This document shows positions 11,692-26,877 of a stretch of 64,000 bases of DNA, piece by piece. The position numbers were made by a program, and so were the translations under genes. This DNA is from Antedon mediterranea. Lineage: Eukaryota; Animalia; Echinodermata. The stretch covers positions 15,686,001 to 15,750,000 of the forward strand of contig NC_092674.1 in assembly GCF_964355755.1 (NCBI RefSeq), given 5' to 3'. The notes beneath the pieces were generated by a model. It did not search any database and was not told where the DNA came from. It saw only the letters and a program-made list of their open reading frames with translations. Numbering within the stretch: the stretch's first letter is position 1; each line of letters starts with the position of its first letter.

Positions 11692-12175
11692 ATTTAGGTT
11701 ATTCGTCGTTCGGATAATAGTCGAATGGTAGCTTTTCAGATAATTCAGTTGACTTTAATAGTTGAATGCCGTAGAAATCAAAGGCACACCATTTTATAAA
11801 TGTCTTTGTCGGTTAGATATTAATGAAAGAACAAGAAAAACACAATAGAAACAATGGCTGCGTTGAGTAACGCGGGCGCAAACGCAACAATAAACAATTT
11901 TAAAACAATAGAAACGGTAAAGCAAAGAAAGCAGATGACACTTTAATGATTTGTCGGTATGAAATTACAACTTCCAATACTATTAAAAACAACTAGCATT
12001 TAAATTTAGTTGATATGAAAATATGTTTGAGAATAGACTACAGTTAATGTAAGTTACAGAAGAGTATATTACTATTTACATTATGACACTGTAACTGAAT
12101 ATAAATACCAGAATGACACTTGTACAACGATACCAAGCCAATATGTCAGCTAAGAAGGTGGTATGGCGTTTAAGC

Positions 12176-12341
12176 ATACTTACCTGGCACAGGAGCGACT
12201 TTGGTCAGGAAGGAATGTCCTCTCAAGATGAGGCCTCAGCATTGCACACACGGCTGCGGTTGACCCTTGCGATTCCCCCAAACGTGGGGAACTCGGGTGT
12301 ATAATTTATGGTAGCGGGGGACTGCGTTCGCGCTAACCCCC
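12176..12341 (+). ncRNA. U1: U1 snRNA variant (C48U; SL1 loop GGUCAGGAAG)
   Basis: ttggtcagga at 12201 and cctctc. Confidence 0.95.
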
Positions 12342-12699
12342 ACCCCAATTCGACATTAATATTAGATAAGCCTATGCAGTTCACGATAATCGTTAGTTTA
12401 ATTAAGAACACTTGATATATAACTATTTATGGTTACATTATCTGTTTTGAAACTTTGTTGGTTTGTAACTATTTATTTTCCCTTAACAACTATTGGTATA
12501 GCATATTGACAGGCGTTGAACGCTTCATAATTATTTCGAAGCGTACGAAGAATAATATCAAACTCTAGATTAAACAAAATCAAGTAGTCTATTATAGAAC
12601 TTAGGTATTTAAATAATTTTATTACTTTCTGTTAAACGATAATTATATTTCACTTACAATATGTATTAAATGCTATTTATTTATAGATATTTTATTTAT

Positions 12700-13551
12700 T
12701 TACATGTCATATTGTTCTTTTCGAAGAAGTTTGGCGATAGAAAACCTTTGACATTTTAGACTCAATGATGAAGACGTAGTATGTACAGCGTTTAATTGTT
12801 CTGTTTCAGTTTGTAAGCAATGCTGTTTTTCTTCGCCATTTCTATCGCTGCAATTCAAGTGGTTTATGGATTGGAGATCTAGCTCCATCGGTGCATTGCG
12901 TGATATCGTATACAGGTATGCCACCCACTCGTTGTAAGTGTTGGATGTTACGTGGTACTTCGTTCCATTCACTATAATGATATATGGCAGATAGTATTGC
13001 CAACCGTCTGTCAATCGATACCTATAACAAGAAAACAACATTATTTATTAATAACGATGATCATGTAAATAAATAATAAGGATAATCAATGGTATTTCTG
13101 TTAAAATTACAAATGTAAGGAGCATTACTAGTAAAATGACAAAAGTATTGTAACCGAATAAGTAATGTAAGTAAGTTGCAGGCAGTGAGTTTTATTTAAG
13201 AAAAGGTTATTACAAATAATGTGGTAGAAAGAAGTTTCGTATCGATCATTAAATTACCTGTAAAGGCCAACATTGTTATTGCAATGAATAAGTTGGTTTA
13301 ATAATGTAAATCACATACCTGTGTCTGTCAACCTTTTCGATATACGGAGATTCATTGAAGATCTGTCGAACACATTCTCTGACATTCCTCATATTATACT
13401 TCTCCGGACAAATTTTATCAATAATGTGCAGCACGTTTAGAGAACCGCTGGTAGTATCTGGACAACGGAGAAGAGCCGCCACAACAAGTTCTTGAAATGA
13501 GAGAGGCATCATCAATGTATCGGTGAGATCGGAGAACATCATGCAAGACAT
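12700..13551 (-). CDS. Forkhead-like two-exon gene, intact copy (S66N)
   Basis: Same structure. Confidence 0.7.
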
Positions 13552-14035
13552 ATTTAGGTTATTCGTCGTTCGGATAATAGTCGAATGGTAGCTTTTCAGA
13601 TAATTCAGTTGACTTTAATAGTTGAATGCCGTAGAAATCAAAGGCACACCATTTTATAAATGTCTTTGTCGGTTAGATATTAATGAAAGAACAAGAAAAA
13701 CACAATAGAAACAATGGCTGCGTTGAGTAACGCGGGCGCAATCGCAACAATAAACAATTTTAAAACAATAGAAACGGTAAAGCAAAGAAAGCAGATGACA
13801 CTTTAATGATTTGTCGGTATGAAATTACAACTTCCAATACTATTAAAAACAACTAGCATTTAAATTTAGTTGATATGAAAATATGTTTGAGAATAGACTA
13901 CAGTTAATGTAAGTTACAGAAGAGTATATTACTATTTACATTATGACACTGTAACTGAATATAAATACCAGAATGACACTTGTACAACGATACCAAGCCA
14001 ATATGTCAGCTAAGAAGGTGGTATGGCGTTTAAGC

Positions 14036-14199
14036 ATACTTACCTGGCACAGGAGCGACTTTGATCAGGAAGGAATGTCCTCCCAAGATGAGGCCTCAGC
14101 ATTGCACACACGGCTGCGGTTGACCCTTGCGATTCCCCCAAACGTGGGGAACTCGGGTATAATTTATGGTAGCGGGGGACTGCGTTCGCGCTAACCCCC
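14036..14199 (+). ncRNA. U1: U1 snRNA variant with 2-nt deletion in the 3' strand of helix H
   Basis: CGGGTATAATTT instead of CGGGTGTATAATTT at about 14154-14165. Confidence 0.9.
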
Positions 14200-14557
14200 A
14201 CCCCAATTCGACATTAATATTAGATAAGCCTATGCAGTTCACGATAATCGTTAGTTTAATTAAGAACACTTGATATATAACTATTTATGGTTACATTATC
14301 TGTTTTGAAACTTTGTTGGTTTGTAACTATTTATTTTCCCTTAACAACTATTGGTATAGCATATTGACAGGCGTTGAACGCTTCATAATTATTTCGAAGC
14401 GTACGAAGAATAATATCAAACTCTAGATTAAACAAAATCAAGTAGTCTATTATAGAACTTAGGTATTTAAATAATTTTATTACTTTCTGTTAAACGATAA
14501 TTATATTTCACTTACAATATGTATTAAATGCTATTTATTTATAGATATTTTATTTAT

Positions 14558-15409
14558 TTACATGTCATATTGTTCTTTTCGAAGAAGTTTGGCGATAGAA
14601 AACCTTTGACATTTTAGACTCAATGATGAAGACGTAGTATGTACAGCGTTTAATTGTTCTGTTTCAGTTTGTAAGCAATGCTGTTTTTCTTCGCCATTTC
14701 TATCGCTGCAATTCAAGTGGTTTATGGATTGGAGATCTAGCTCCATCGGTGCATTGCGTGATATCGTATACAGGTATGCCACCCACTCGTTGTAAGTGTT
14801 GGATGTTACGTGGTACTTCGTTCCATTCACTATAATGATATATGGCAGATAGTATTGCCAACCGTCTGTCAATCGATACCTATAACAAGAAAACAACATT
14901 ATTTATTAATAACGATGATCATGTAAATAAATAATAAGGATAATCAATGGTATTTCTGTTAAAATTACAAATGTAAGGAGCATTACTAGTAAAATGACAA
15001 AAGTACTGTAACCGAATAAGAAATGTAAGTAAGTTGCAGGCAGTGAGTTTTATTTAAGAAAAGGTTATTACAAATAATGTGGTAGAAAGAAGTTTCGTAT
15101 CGATCAGTAAATTACCTCTAAAGGCCAACATTGTTATTGCAATGAATAAGTTGGTTTAATAATGTAAATCACATACCTGTGTCTGTCAACCTTTTCGATA
15201 TACGGAGATTCACTGAAGATCTGTCGAACACATTCTCTGACATTCCTCATATTATACTTCTCCGGACAAATTTTATCAATAATGTGCAGCACGTTTAGAG
15301 AACCGCTGGTAGTATCTGGACAACGGAGAAGAGCCGCCACAACAAGTTCTTGAAATGAGAGAGGCATCATCAATGTATCGGTGAGATCGGAGAACATCAT
15401 GCAAGACAT
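14558..15409 (-). CDS. Forkhead-like two-exon gene, intact copy
   Basis: Same structure. Confidence 0.7.
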
Positions 15410-15893
15410 ATTTAGGTTATTCGTCGTTCGGATAATAGTCGAATGGTAGCTTTTCAGATAATTCAGTTGACTTTAATAGTTGAATGCCGTAGAAATCAAA
15501 GGCACACCATTTTATAAATGTCTTTGTCGGTTAGATATTAATGAAAGAACAAGAAAAACACAATAGAAACAATGGCTGCGTTGAGTAACGCGGGCGCAAA
15601 CGCAACAATAAACAATTTTAAAACAATAGAAACGGTAAAGCAAAGAAAGCAGATGACACTTTAATGATTTGTCGGTATGAAATTACAACTTCCAATACTA
15701 TTAAAAACAACTAGCATTTAAATTTAGTTGATATGAAAATATGTTTGAGAATAGACTACAGTTAATGTAAGTTACAGAAGAGTATATTACTATTTACATT
15801 ATGACACTGTAACTGAATATAAATACCAGAATGACACTTGTACAACGATACCAAGCCAATATGTCAGCTAAGAAGGTGGTATGGCGTTTAAGC

Positions 15894-16059
15894 ATACTTA
15901 CCTGGCACAGGAGCGACTTTGATCAGGAAGGAATGTCCTCTCAAGATGAGGCCTCAGCATTGCACACACGGCTGCGGTTGACCCTTGCGATTCCCCCAAA
16001 CGTGGGGAACTCGGGTGTATAATTTATGGTAGCGGGGGACTGCGTTCGCGCTAACCCCC
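15894..16059 (+). ncRNA. U1: U1 snRNA (C48U variant)
   Basis: cctctc allele. Confidence 0.97.
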
Positions 16060-16417
16060 ACCCCAATTCGACATTAATATTAGATAAGCCTATGCAGTTC
16101 ACGATAATCGTTAGTTTAATTAAGAACACTTGATATATAACTATTTATGGTTACATTATCTGTTTTGAAACTTTGTTGGTTTGTAACTATTTATTTTCCC
16201 TTAACAACTATTGGTATAGCATATTGACAGGCGTTGAACGCTTCATAATTATTTCGAAGCGTACGAAGAATAATATCAAACTCTAGATTAAACAAAATCA
16301 AGTAGTCTATTATAGAACTTAGGTATTTAAATAATTTTATTACTTTCTGTTAAACGATAATTATATTTCACTTACAATATGTATTAAATGCTATTTATTT
16401 ATAGATATTTTATTTAT

Positions 16418-17256
16418 TTACATGTCATATTGTTCTTTTCGAAGAAGTTTGGCGATAGAAAACCTTTGACATTTTAGACTCAATGATGAAGACGTAGTAT
16501 GTACAGCGTTTAATTGTTCTGTTTCAGTTTGTAAGCAATGCTGTTTTTCTTCGCCATTTCTATCGCTGCAATTCAAGTGGTTTATGGATTGGAGATCTAG
16601 CTCCGTGATATCGTATACAGGTATGCCACCCACTCGTTGTAAGTGTTGGATGTTACGTGGTACTTCGTTCCATTCACTATAATGATATATGGCAGATAGT
16701 ATTGCCAACCGTCTGTCAATCGATACCTATAACAAGAAAACAACATTATTTATTAATAACGATGATCATGTAAATAAATAATAAGGATAATCAATGGTAT
16801 TTCTGTTAAAATTACAAATGTAAGGAGCATTACTAGTAAAATGACAAAAGTATTGTAACCGAATAAGTAATGTAAGTAAGTTGCAGGCAGTGAGTTTTAT
16901 TTAAGAAAAGGTTATTACAAATAATGTGGTAGAAAGAAGTTTCGTATCGATCATTAAATTACCTGTAAAGGCCAACATTGTTATTGCAATGAATAAGTTG
17001 GTTTAATAATGTAAATCACATACCTGTGTCTGTCAACCTTTTCGATATACGGAGATTCATTGAAGATCTGTCGAACACATTCTCTGACATTCCTCATATT
17101 ATACTTCTCCGGACAAATTTTATCAATAATGTGCAGCACGTTTAGAGAACCGCTGGTAGTATCTGGACAACGGAGAAGAGCCGCCACAACAAGTTCTTGA
17201 AATGAGAGAGGCATCATCAATGTATCGGTGAGATCGGAGAACATCATGCAAGACAT
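16418..17256 (-). pseudogene. Forkhead-like gene with 13-bp frameshift deletion in exon 2
   Basis: Junction at 16604/16605. Confidence 0.6.
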
Positions 17257-17740
17257 ATTTAGGTTATTCGTCGTTCGGATAATAGTCGAATGGTAGCTTT
17301 TCAGATAATTCAGTTGACTTTAATAGTTGAATGCCGTAGAAATCAAAGGCACACCATTTTATAAATGTCTTTGTCGGTTAGATATTAATGAAAGAACAAG
17401 AAAAACACAATAGAAACAATGGCTGCGTTGAGTAACGCGGGCGCAATCGCAACAATAAACAATTTTAAAACAATAGAAACGGTAAAGCAAAGAAAGCAGA
17501 TGACACTTTAATGATTTGTCGGTATGAAATTACAACTTCCAATACTATTAAAAACAACTAGCATTTAAATTTAGTTGATATGAAAATATGTTTGAGAATA
17601 GACTACAGTTAATGTAAGTTACAGAAGAGTATATTACTATTTACATTATGACACTGTAACTGAATATAAATACCAGAATGACACTTGTACAACGATACCA
17701 AGCCAATATGTCAGCTAAGAAGGTGGTATGGCGTTTAAGC

Positions 17741-17906
17741 ATACTTACCTGGCACAGGAGCGACTTTGATCAGGAAGGAATGTCCTCCCAAGATGAGGCC
17801 TCAGCATTGCACACACGGCTGCGGTTGACCCTTGCGATTCCCCCAAACGTGGGGAACTCGGGTGTATAATTTATGGTAGCGGGGGACTGCGTTCGCGCTA
17901 ACCCCC
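17741..17906 (+). ncRNA. U1: U1 snRNA
   Basis: Same as the 1192 copy. Confidence 0.97.
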
Positions 17907-18264
17907 ACCCCAATTCGACATTAATATTAGATAAGCCTATGCAGTTCACGATAATCGTTAGTTTAATTAAGAACACTTGATATATAACTATTTATGGTTA
18001 CATTATCTGTTTTGAAACTTTGTTGGTTTGTAACTATTTATTTTCCCTTAACAACTATTGGTATAGCATATTGACAGGCGTTGAACGCTTCATAATTATT
18101 TCGAAGCGTACGAAGAATAATATCAAACTCTAGATTAAACAAAATCAAGTAGTCTATTATAGAACTTAGGTATTTAAATAATTTTATTACTTTCTGTTAA
18201 ACGATAATTATATTTCACTTACAATATGTATTAAATGCTATTTATTTATAGATATTTTATTTAT

Positions 18265-19116
18265 TTACATGTCATTTTGTTCTTTTCGAAGAAGTTTGGC
18301 GATAGAAAACCTTTGACATTTTAGACTCAATGATGAAGACGTAGTATGTACAGCGTTTAATTGTTCTGTTTCAGTTTGTAAGCAATGCTGTTTTTCTTCG
18401 CCATTTCTATCGCTGCAATTCAAGTGGTTTATGGATTGGAGATCTAGCTCCATCGGTGCATTGCGTGATATCGTATACAGGTATGCCACCCACTCGTTGT
18501 AAGTGTTGGATGTTACGTGGTACTTCGTTCCATTCACTATAATGATATATGGCAGATAGTATTGCCAACCGTCTGTCAATCGATACCTATAACAAGAAAA
18601 CAACATTATTTATTAATAACGATGATCATGTAAATAAATAATAAGGAAAATCAATGGTATTTCTGTTAAAATTACAAATGTAAGGAGCATTACTAGTAAA
18701 ATGACAAAAGTACTGTAACCGAATAAGAAATGTAAGTAAGTTGCAGGCAGTGAGTTTTATTTAAGAAAAGGTTATTACAAATAATGTGGTAGAAAGAAGT
18801 TTCGTATCGATCAGTAAATTACCTCTAAAGGCCAACATTGTTATTGCAATGAATAAGTTGGTTTAATAATGTAAATCACATACCTGTGTCTGTCAACCTT
18901 TTCGATATACGGAGATTCACTGAAGATCTGTCGAACACATTCTCTGACATTCCTCATATTATACTTCTCCGGAAAAATTTTATCAATAATGTGCAGCACG
19001 TTTAGAGAACCGCTGGTAGTATCTGGACAACGGAGAAGAGCCGCCACAACAAGTTCTTGAAATGAGAGAGGCATCATCAATGTATCGGTGAGATCGGAGA
19101 ACATCATGCAAGACAT
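18265..19116 (-). CDS. Forkhead-like two-exon gene, intact copy (C48F)
   Basis: Same structure. Confidence 0.7.
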
Positions 19117-19600
19117 ATTTAGGTTATTCGTCGTTCGGATAATAGTCGAATGGTAGCTTTTCAAATAATTCAGTTGACTTTAATAGTTGAATGCCGTAGA
19201 AATCAAAGGCACACCATTTTATAAATGTCTTTGTCGGTTAGATATTAATGAAAGAACAAGAAAAACACAATAGAAACAATGGCTGCGTTGAGTAACGCGG
19301 GCGCAATCGCAACAATAAACAATTTTAAAACAATAGAAACGGTAAAGCAAAGAAAGCAGATGACACTTTAATGATTTGTCGGTATGAAATTACAACTTCC
19401 AATACTATTAAAAACAACTAGCATTTAAATTTAGTTGATATGAAAATATGTTTGAGAATAGACTACAGTTAATGTAAGTTACAGAAGAGTATATTACTAT
19501 TTACATTATGACACTGTAACTGAATATAAATACCAGAATGACACTTGTACAACGATACCAAGCCAATATGTCAGCTAAGAAGGTGGTATGGCGTTTAAGC

Positions 19601-19766
19601 ATACTTACCTGGCACAGGAGCGACTTTGATCAGGAAGGAATGTCCTCCCAAGATGAGGCCTCAGCATTGCACACACGGCTGCGGTTGACCCTTGCGATTC
19701 CCCCAAACGTGGGGAACTCGGGTGTATAATTTATGGTAGCGGGGGACTGCGTTCGCGCTAACCCCC
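19601..19766 (+). ncRNA. U1: U1 snRNA
   Basis: Same as the 1192 copy. Confidence 0.97.
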
Positions 19767-20033
19767 ACCCCAATTCGACATTAATATTAGATAAGCCTAT
19801 GCAGTTCACGATAATCGTTAGTTTAATTAAGAACACTTGATATATAACTATTTATGGTTACATTATCTGTTTTGAAACTTTGTTGGTTTGTAACTATTTA
19901 TTTTCCCTTAACAACTATTGGTATAGCATATTGACAGGCGTTGAACGCTTCATAATTATTTCGAAGCGTACGAAGAATAATATCAAACTCTAGATTAAAC
20001 AAAATCAAGTAGTCTATTATAGAACTTACGTAT

Positions 20034-20813
20034 TTAAATAGTATGTACAGCGTTTAATTGTTCTGTTTCAGTTTGTAAGCAATGCTGTTTTTCTTCGCCA
20101 TTTCTATCGCGGCAATTCAAGTGGTTTATGGATTGGAGATCTAGCTCCATCGGTGCATTGCGTGATATCGTATACAGGTATGCCACCCACTCGTTGTAAG
20201 TGTTGGATGTTACGTGGTACTTCGTTCCATTCACTATAATGATATATGGCAGATAGTATTGCCAACCGTCTGTCAATCGATACCTATAACAAGAAAACAA
20301 CATTATTTATTAATAACGATGATCATGTAAATAAATAATAAGGATAATCAATGGTATTTCTGTTAAAATTACAAATGTAAGGAGCATTACTAGTAAAATG
20401 ACAAAAGTACTGTAACCGAATAAGAAATGTAAGTAAGTTGCAGGCAGTGAGTTTTATTTAAGAAAAGGTTATTACAAATAATGTGGTAGAAAGAAGTTTC
20501 GTATCGATCAGTAAATTACCTCTAAAGGCCAACATTGTTATTGCAATGAATAAGTTGGTTTAATAATGTAAATCACATACCTGTGTCTGTCAACCTTTTC
20601 GATATACGGAGATTCACTGAAGATCTGTCGAACACATTCTCTGACATTCCTCATATTATACTTCTCCGGACAAATTTTATCAATAATGTGCAGCACGTTT
20701 AGAGAACCGCTGGTAGTATCTGGACAACGGAGAAGAGCCGCCACAACAAGTTCTTGAAATGAGAGAGGCATCATCAATGTATCGGTGAGATCGGAGAACA
20801 TCATGCAAGACAT
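20034..20813 (-). CDS. Forkhead-like gene, 163-bp deletion allele
   Basis: Same junction as 10917. Confidence 0.6.
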
Positions 20814-21297
20814 ATTTAGGTTATTCGTCGTTCGGATAATAGTCGAATGGTAGCTTTTCAGATAATTCAGTTGACTTTAATAGTTGAATGCCGTAGAAAT
20901 CAAAGGCACACCATTTTATAAATGTCTTTGTCGGTTAGATATTAATGAAAGAACAAGAAAAACACAATAGAAACAATGGCTGCGTTGAGTAACGCGGGCG
21001 CAAACGCAACAATAAACAATTTTAAAACAATAGAAACGGTAAAGCAAAGAAAGCAGATGACACTTTAATGATTTGTCGGTATGAAATTACAACTTCCAAT
21101 ACTATTAAAAACAACTAGCATTTAAATTTAGTTGATATGAAAATATGTTTGAGAATAGACTACAGTTAATGTAAGTTACAGAAGAGTATATTACTATTTA
21201 CATTATGACACTGTAACTGAATATAAATACCAGAATGACACTTGTACAACGATACCAAGCCAATATGTCAGCTAAGAAGGTGGTATGGCGTTTAAGC

Positions 21298-21463
21298 ATA
21301 CTTACCTGGCACAGGAGCGACTTTGATCAGGAAGGAATGTCCTCTCAAGATGAGGCCTCAGCATTGCACACACGGCTGCGGTTGACCCTTGCGATTCCCC
21401 CAAACGTGGGGAACTCGGGTGTATAATTTATGGTAGCGGGGGACTGCGTTCGCGCTAACCCCC
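21298..21463 (+). ncRNA. U1: U1 snRNA (C48U variant)
   Basis: cctctc allele. Confidence 0.97.
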
Positions 21464-21821
21464 ACCCCAATTCGACATTAATATTAGATAAGCCTATGCA
21501 GTTCACGATAATCGTTAGTTTAATTAAGAACACTTGATATATAACTATTTATGGTTACATTATCTGTTTTGAAACTTTGTTGGTTTGTAACTATTTATTT
21601 TCCCTTAACAACTATTGGTATAGCATATTGACAGGCGTTGAACGCTTCATAATTATTTCGAAGCGTACGAAGAATAATATCAAACTCTAGATTAAACAAA
21701 ATCAAGTAGTCTATTATAGAACTTAGGTATTTAAATAATTTTATTACTTTCTGTTAAACGATAATTATATTTCACTTACAATATGTATTAAATGCTATTT
21801 ATTTATAGATATTTTATTTAT

Positions 21822-22673
21822 TTACATGTCATATTGTTCTTTTCGAAGAAGTTTGGCGATAGAAAACCTTTGACATTTTAGACTCAATGATGAAGACGTA
21901 GTATGTACAGCGTTTAATTGTTCTGTTTCAGTTTGTAAGCAATGCTGTTTTTCTTCGCCATTTCTATCGCTGCAATTCAAGTGGTTTATGGATTGGAGAT
22001 CTAGCTCCATCGGTGCATTGCGTGATATCGTATACAGGTATGCCACCCACTCGTTGTAAGTGTTGGATGTTACGTGGTACTTCGTTCCATTCACTATAAT
22101 GATATATGGCAGATAGTATTGCCAACCGTCTGTCAATCGATACCTATAACAAGAAAACAACATTATTTATTAATAACGATGATCATGTAAATAAATAATA
22201 AGGATAATCAATGGTATTTCTGTTAAAATTACAAATGTAAGGAGCATTACTAGTAAAATGACAAAAGTATTGTAACCGAATAAGTAATGTAAGTAAGTTG
22301 CAGGCAGTGAGTTTTATTTAAGAAAAGGTTATTACAAATAATGTGGTAGAAAGAAGTTTCGTATCGATCATTAAATTACCTGTAAAGGCCAACATTGTTA
22401 TTGCAATGAATAAGTTGGTTTAATAATGTAAATCACATACCTGTGTCTGTCAACCTTTTCGATATACGGAGATTCATTGAAGATCTGTCGAACACATTCT
22501 CTGACATTCCTCATATTATACTTCTCCGGACAAATTTTATCAATAATGTGCAGCACGTTTAGAGAACCGCTGGTAGTATCTGGACAACGGAGAAGAGCCG
22601 CCACAACAAGTTCTTGAAATGAGAGAGGCATCATCAATGTATCGGTGAGATCGGAGAACATCATGCAAGACAT
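21822..22673 (-). CDS. Forkhead-like two-exon gene, intact copy (S66N)
   Basis: Same structure. Confidence 0.7.
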
Positions 22674-23157
22674 ATTTAGGTTATTCGTCGTTCGGATAAT
22701 AGTCGAATGGTAGCTTTTCAGATAATTCAGTTGACTTTAATAGTTGAATGCCGTAGAAATCAAAGGCACACCATTTTATAAATGTCTTTGTCGGTTAGAT
22801 ATTAATGAAAGAACAAGAAAAACACAATAGAAACAATGGCTGCGTTGAGTAACGCGGGCGCAATCGCAACAATAAACAATTTTAAAACAATAGAAACGGT
22901 AAAGCAAAGAAAGCAGATGACACTTTAATGATTTGTCGGTATGAAATTACAACTTCCAATACTATTAAAAACAACTAGCATTTAAATTTAGTTGATATGA
23001 AAATATGTTTGAGAATAGACTACAGTTAATGTAAGTTACAGAAGAGTATATTACTATTTACATTATGACACTGTAACTGAATATAAATACCAGAATGACA
23101 CTTGTACAACGATACCAAGCCAATATGTCAGCTAAGAAGGTGGTATGGCGTTTAAGC

Positions 23158-23323
23158 ATACTTACCTGGCACAGGAGCGACTTTGATCAGGAAGGAATGT
23201 CCTCCCAAGATGAGGCCTCAGCATTGCACACACGGCTGCGGTTGACCCTTGCGATTCCCCCAAACGTGGGGAACTCGGGTGTATAATTTATGGTAGCGGG
23301 GGACTGCGTTCGCGCTAACCCCC
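23158..23323 (+). ncRNA. U1: U1 snRNA
   Basis: Same as the 1192 copy. Confidence 0.97.
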
Positions 23324-23681
23324 ACCCCAATTCGACATTAATATTAGATAAGCCTATGCAGTTCACGATAATCGTTAGTTTAATTAAGAACACTTGATAT
23401 ATAACTATTTATGGTTACATTATCTGTTTTGAAACTTTGTTGGTTTGTAACTATTTATTTTCCCTTAACAACTATTGGTATAGCATATTGACAGGCGTTG
23501 AACGCTTCATAATTATTTCGAAGCGTACGAAGAATAATATCAAACTCTAGATTAAACAAAATCAAGTAGTCTATTATAGAACTTAGGTATTTAAATAATT
23601 TTATTACTTTCTGTTAAACGATAATTATATTTCACTTACAATATGTATTAAATGCTATTTATTTATAGATATTTTATTTAT

Positions 23682-24533
23682 TTACATGTCATATTGTTCT
23701 TTTCGAAGAAGTTTGGCGATAGAAAACCTTTGACATTTTAGACTCAATGATGAAGACGTAGTATGTACAGCGTTTAATTGTTCTGTTTCAGTTTGTAAGC
23801 AATGCTGTTTTTCTTCGCCATTTCTATCGCTGCAATTCAAGTGGTTTATGGATTGGAGATCTAGCTCCATCGGTGCATTGCGTGATATCGTATACAGGTA
23901 TGCCACCCACTCGTTGTAAGTGTTGGATGTTACGTGGTACTTCGTTCCATTCACTATAATGATATATGGCAGATAGTATTGCCAACCGTCTGTCAATCGA
24001 TACCTATAACAAGAAAACAACATTATTTATTAATAACGATGATCATGTAAATAAATAATAAGGATAATCAATGGTATTTTTGTTAAAATTACGAATGTAA
24101 GGAGCATTACTAGTAAAATGACAAAAGTACTGTAACCGAATAAGTAATGTAAGTAAGTTGCAGGCAGTGAGTTTTATTTAAGAAAAGGTTATTACAAATA
24201 ATGTGGTAGAAAGAAGTTTCGTATCGATCAGTAAATTACCTCTAAAGGCCAACATTGTTATTGCAATGAATAAGTTGGTTTAATAATGTAAATCACATAC
24301 CTGTGTCTGTCAACCTTTTCGATATACGGAGATTCACTGAAGATCTGTCGAACACATTCTCTGACATTCCTCATATTATACTTCTCCGGACAAATTTTAT
24401 CAATAATGTGCAGCACGTTTAGAGAACCGCTGGTAGTATCTGGACAACGGAGAAGAGCCGCCACAACAAGTTCTTGAAATGAGAGAGGCATCATCAATGT
24501 ATCGGTGAGATCGGAGAACATCATGCAAGACAT
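23682..24533 (-). CDS. Forkhead-like two-exon gene, intact copy
   Basis: Same structure. Confidence 0.7.
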
Positions 24534-25017
24534 ATTTAGGTTATTCGTCGTTCGGATAATAGTCGAATGGTAGCTTTTCAGATAATTCAGTTGACTTTAA
24601 TAGTTGAATGCCGTAGAAATCAAAGGCACACCATTTTATAAATGTCTTTGTCGGTTAGATATTAATGAAAGAACAAGAAAAACACAATAGAAACAATGGC
24701 TGCGTTGAGTAACGCGGGCGCAATCGCAACAATAAACAATTTTAAAACAATAGAAACGGTAAAGCAAAGAAAGCAGATGACACTTTAATGATTTGTCGGT
24801 ATGAAATTACAACTTCCAATACTATTAAAAACAACTAGCATTTAAATTTAGTTGATATGAAAATATGTTTGAGAATAGACTACAGTTAATGTAAGTTACA
24901 GAAGAGTATATTACTATTTACATTATGACACTGTAACTGAATATAAATACCAGAATGACACTTGTACAACGATACCAAGCCAATATGTCAGCTAAGAAGG
25001 TGGTATGGCGTTTAAGC

Positions 25018-25183
25018 ATACTTACCTGGCACAGGAGCGATTTTGATCAGGAAGGAATGTCCTCCCAAGATGAGGCCTCAGCATTGCACACACGGCTGCG
25101 GTTGACCCTTGCGATTCCCCCAAACGTGGGGAACTCGGGTGTATAATTTATGGTAGCGGGGGACTGCGTTCGCGCTAACCCCC
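25018..25183 (+). ncRNA. U1: U1 snRNA (SL1 stem C>U, wobble-compatible)
   Basis: gcgattttgatc instead of gcgactttgatc. Confidence 0.96.
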
Positions 25184-25541
25184 ACCCCAATTCGACATTA
25201 ATATTAGATAAGCCTATGCAGTTCACGATAATCGTTAGTTTAATTAAGAACACTTGATATATAACTATTTATGGTTACATTATCTGTTTTGAAACTTTGT
25301 TGGTTTGTAACTATTTATTTTCCCTTAACAACTATTGGTATAGCATATTGACAGGCGTTGAACGCTTCATAATTATTTCGAAGCGTACGAAGAATAATAT
25401 CAAACTCTAGATTAAACAAAATCAAGTAGTCTATTATAGAACTTAGGTATTTAAATAATTTTATTACTTTCTGTTAAACGATAATTATATTTCACTTACA
25501 ATATGTATTAAATGCTATTTATTTATAGATATTTTATTTAT

Positions 25542-26393
25542 TTACATGTCATATTGTTCTTTTCGAAGAAGTTTGGCGATAGAAAACCTTTGACATTTTA
25601 GACTCAATGATGAAGACGTAGTATGTACAGCGTTTAATTGTTCTGTTTCAGTTTGTAAGCAATGCTGTTTTTCTTCGCCATTTCTATCGCTGCAATTCAA
25701 GTGGTTTATGGATTGGAGATCTAGCTCCATCGGTGCATTGCGTGATATCGTATACAGGTATGCCACCCACTCGTTGTAAGTGTTGGATGTTACGTGGTAC
25801 TTCGTTCCATTCACTATAATGATATATGGCAGATAGTATTGCCAACCGTCTGTCAATCGATACCTATAACAAGAAAACAACATTATTTATTAATAACGAT
25901 GATCATGTAAATAAATAATAAGGAAAATCAATGGTATTTCTGTTAAAATTACAAATGTAAGGAGCATTACTAGTAAAATGACAAAAGTACTGTAACCGAA
26001 TAAGAAATGTAAGTAAGTTGCAGGCAGTGAGTTTTATTTAAGAAAAGGTTATTACAAATAATGTGGTAGAAAGAAGTTTCGTATCGATCAGTAAATTACC
26101 TCTAAAGGCCAACATTGTTATTGCAATGAATAAGTTGGTTTAATAATGTAAATCACATACCTGTGTCTGTCAACCTTTTCGATATACGGAGATTCACTGA
26201 AGATCTGTCGAACACATTCTCTGACATTCCTCATATTATACTTCTCCGGAAAAATTTTATCAATAATGTGCAGCACGTTTAGAGAACCGCTGGTAGTATC
26301 TGGACAACGGAGAAGAGCCGCCACAACAAGTTCTTGAAATGAGAGAGGCATCATCAATGTATCGGTGAGATCGGAGAACATCATGCAAGACAT
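25542..26393 (-). CDS. Forkhead-like two-exon gene, intact copy (C48F)
   Basis: Same structure. Confidence 0.7.
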
Positions 26394-26877
26394 ATTTAGG
26401 TTATTCGTCGTTCGGATAATAGTCGAATGGTAGCTTTTCAAATAATTCAGTTGACTTTAATAGTTGAATGCCGTAGAAATCAAAGGCACACCATTTTATA
26501 AATGTCTTTGTCGGTTAGATATTAATGAAAGAACAAGAAAAACACAATAGAAACAATGGCTGCGTTGAGTAACGCGGGCGCAATCGCAACAATAAACAAT
26601 TTTAAAACAATAGAAACGGTAAAGCAAAGAAAGCAGATGACACTTTAATGATTTGTCGGTATGAAATTACAACTTCCAATACTATTAAAAACAACTAGCA
26701 TTTAAATTTAGTTGATATGAAAATATGTTTGAGAATAGACTACAGTTAATGTAAGTTACAGAAGAGTATATTACTATTTACATTATGACACTGTAACTGA
26801 ATATAAATACCAGAATGACACTTGTACAACGATACCAAGCCAATATGTCAGCTAAGAAGGTGGTATGGCGTTTAAGC

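Noticed and set aside
18841-19164. 107-aa N-terminally extended ORFs (also at 26118 and 33395)
   Set aside because: The extension relies on a TTG start created by a SNP in the predicted 5' UTR, which is not a normal eukaryotic start.
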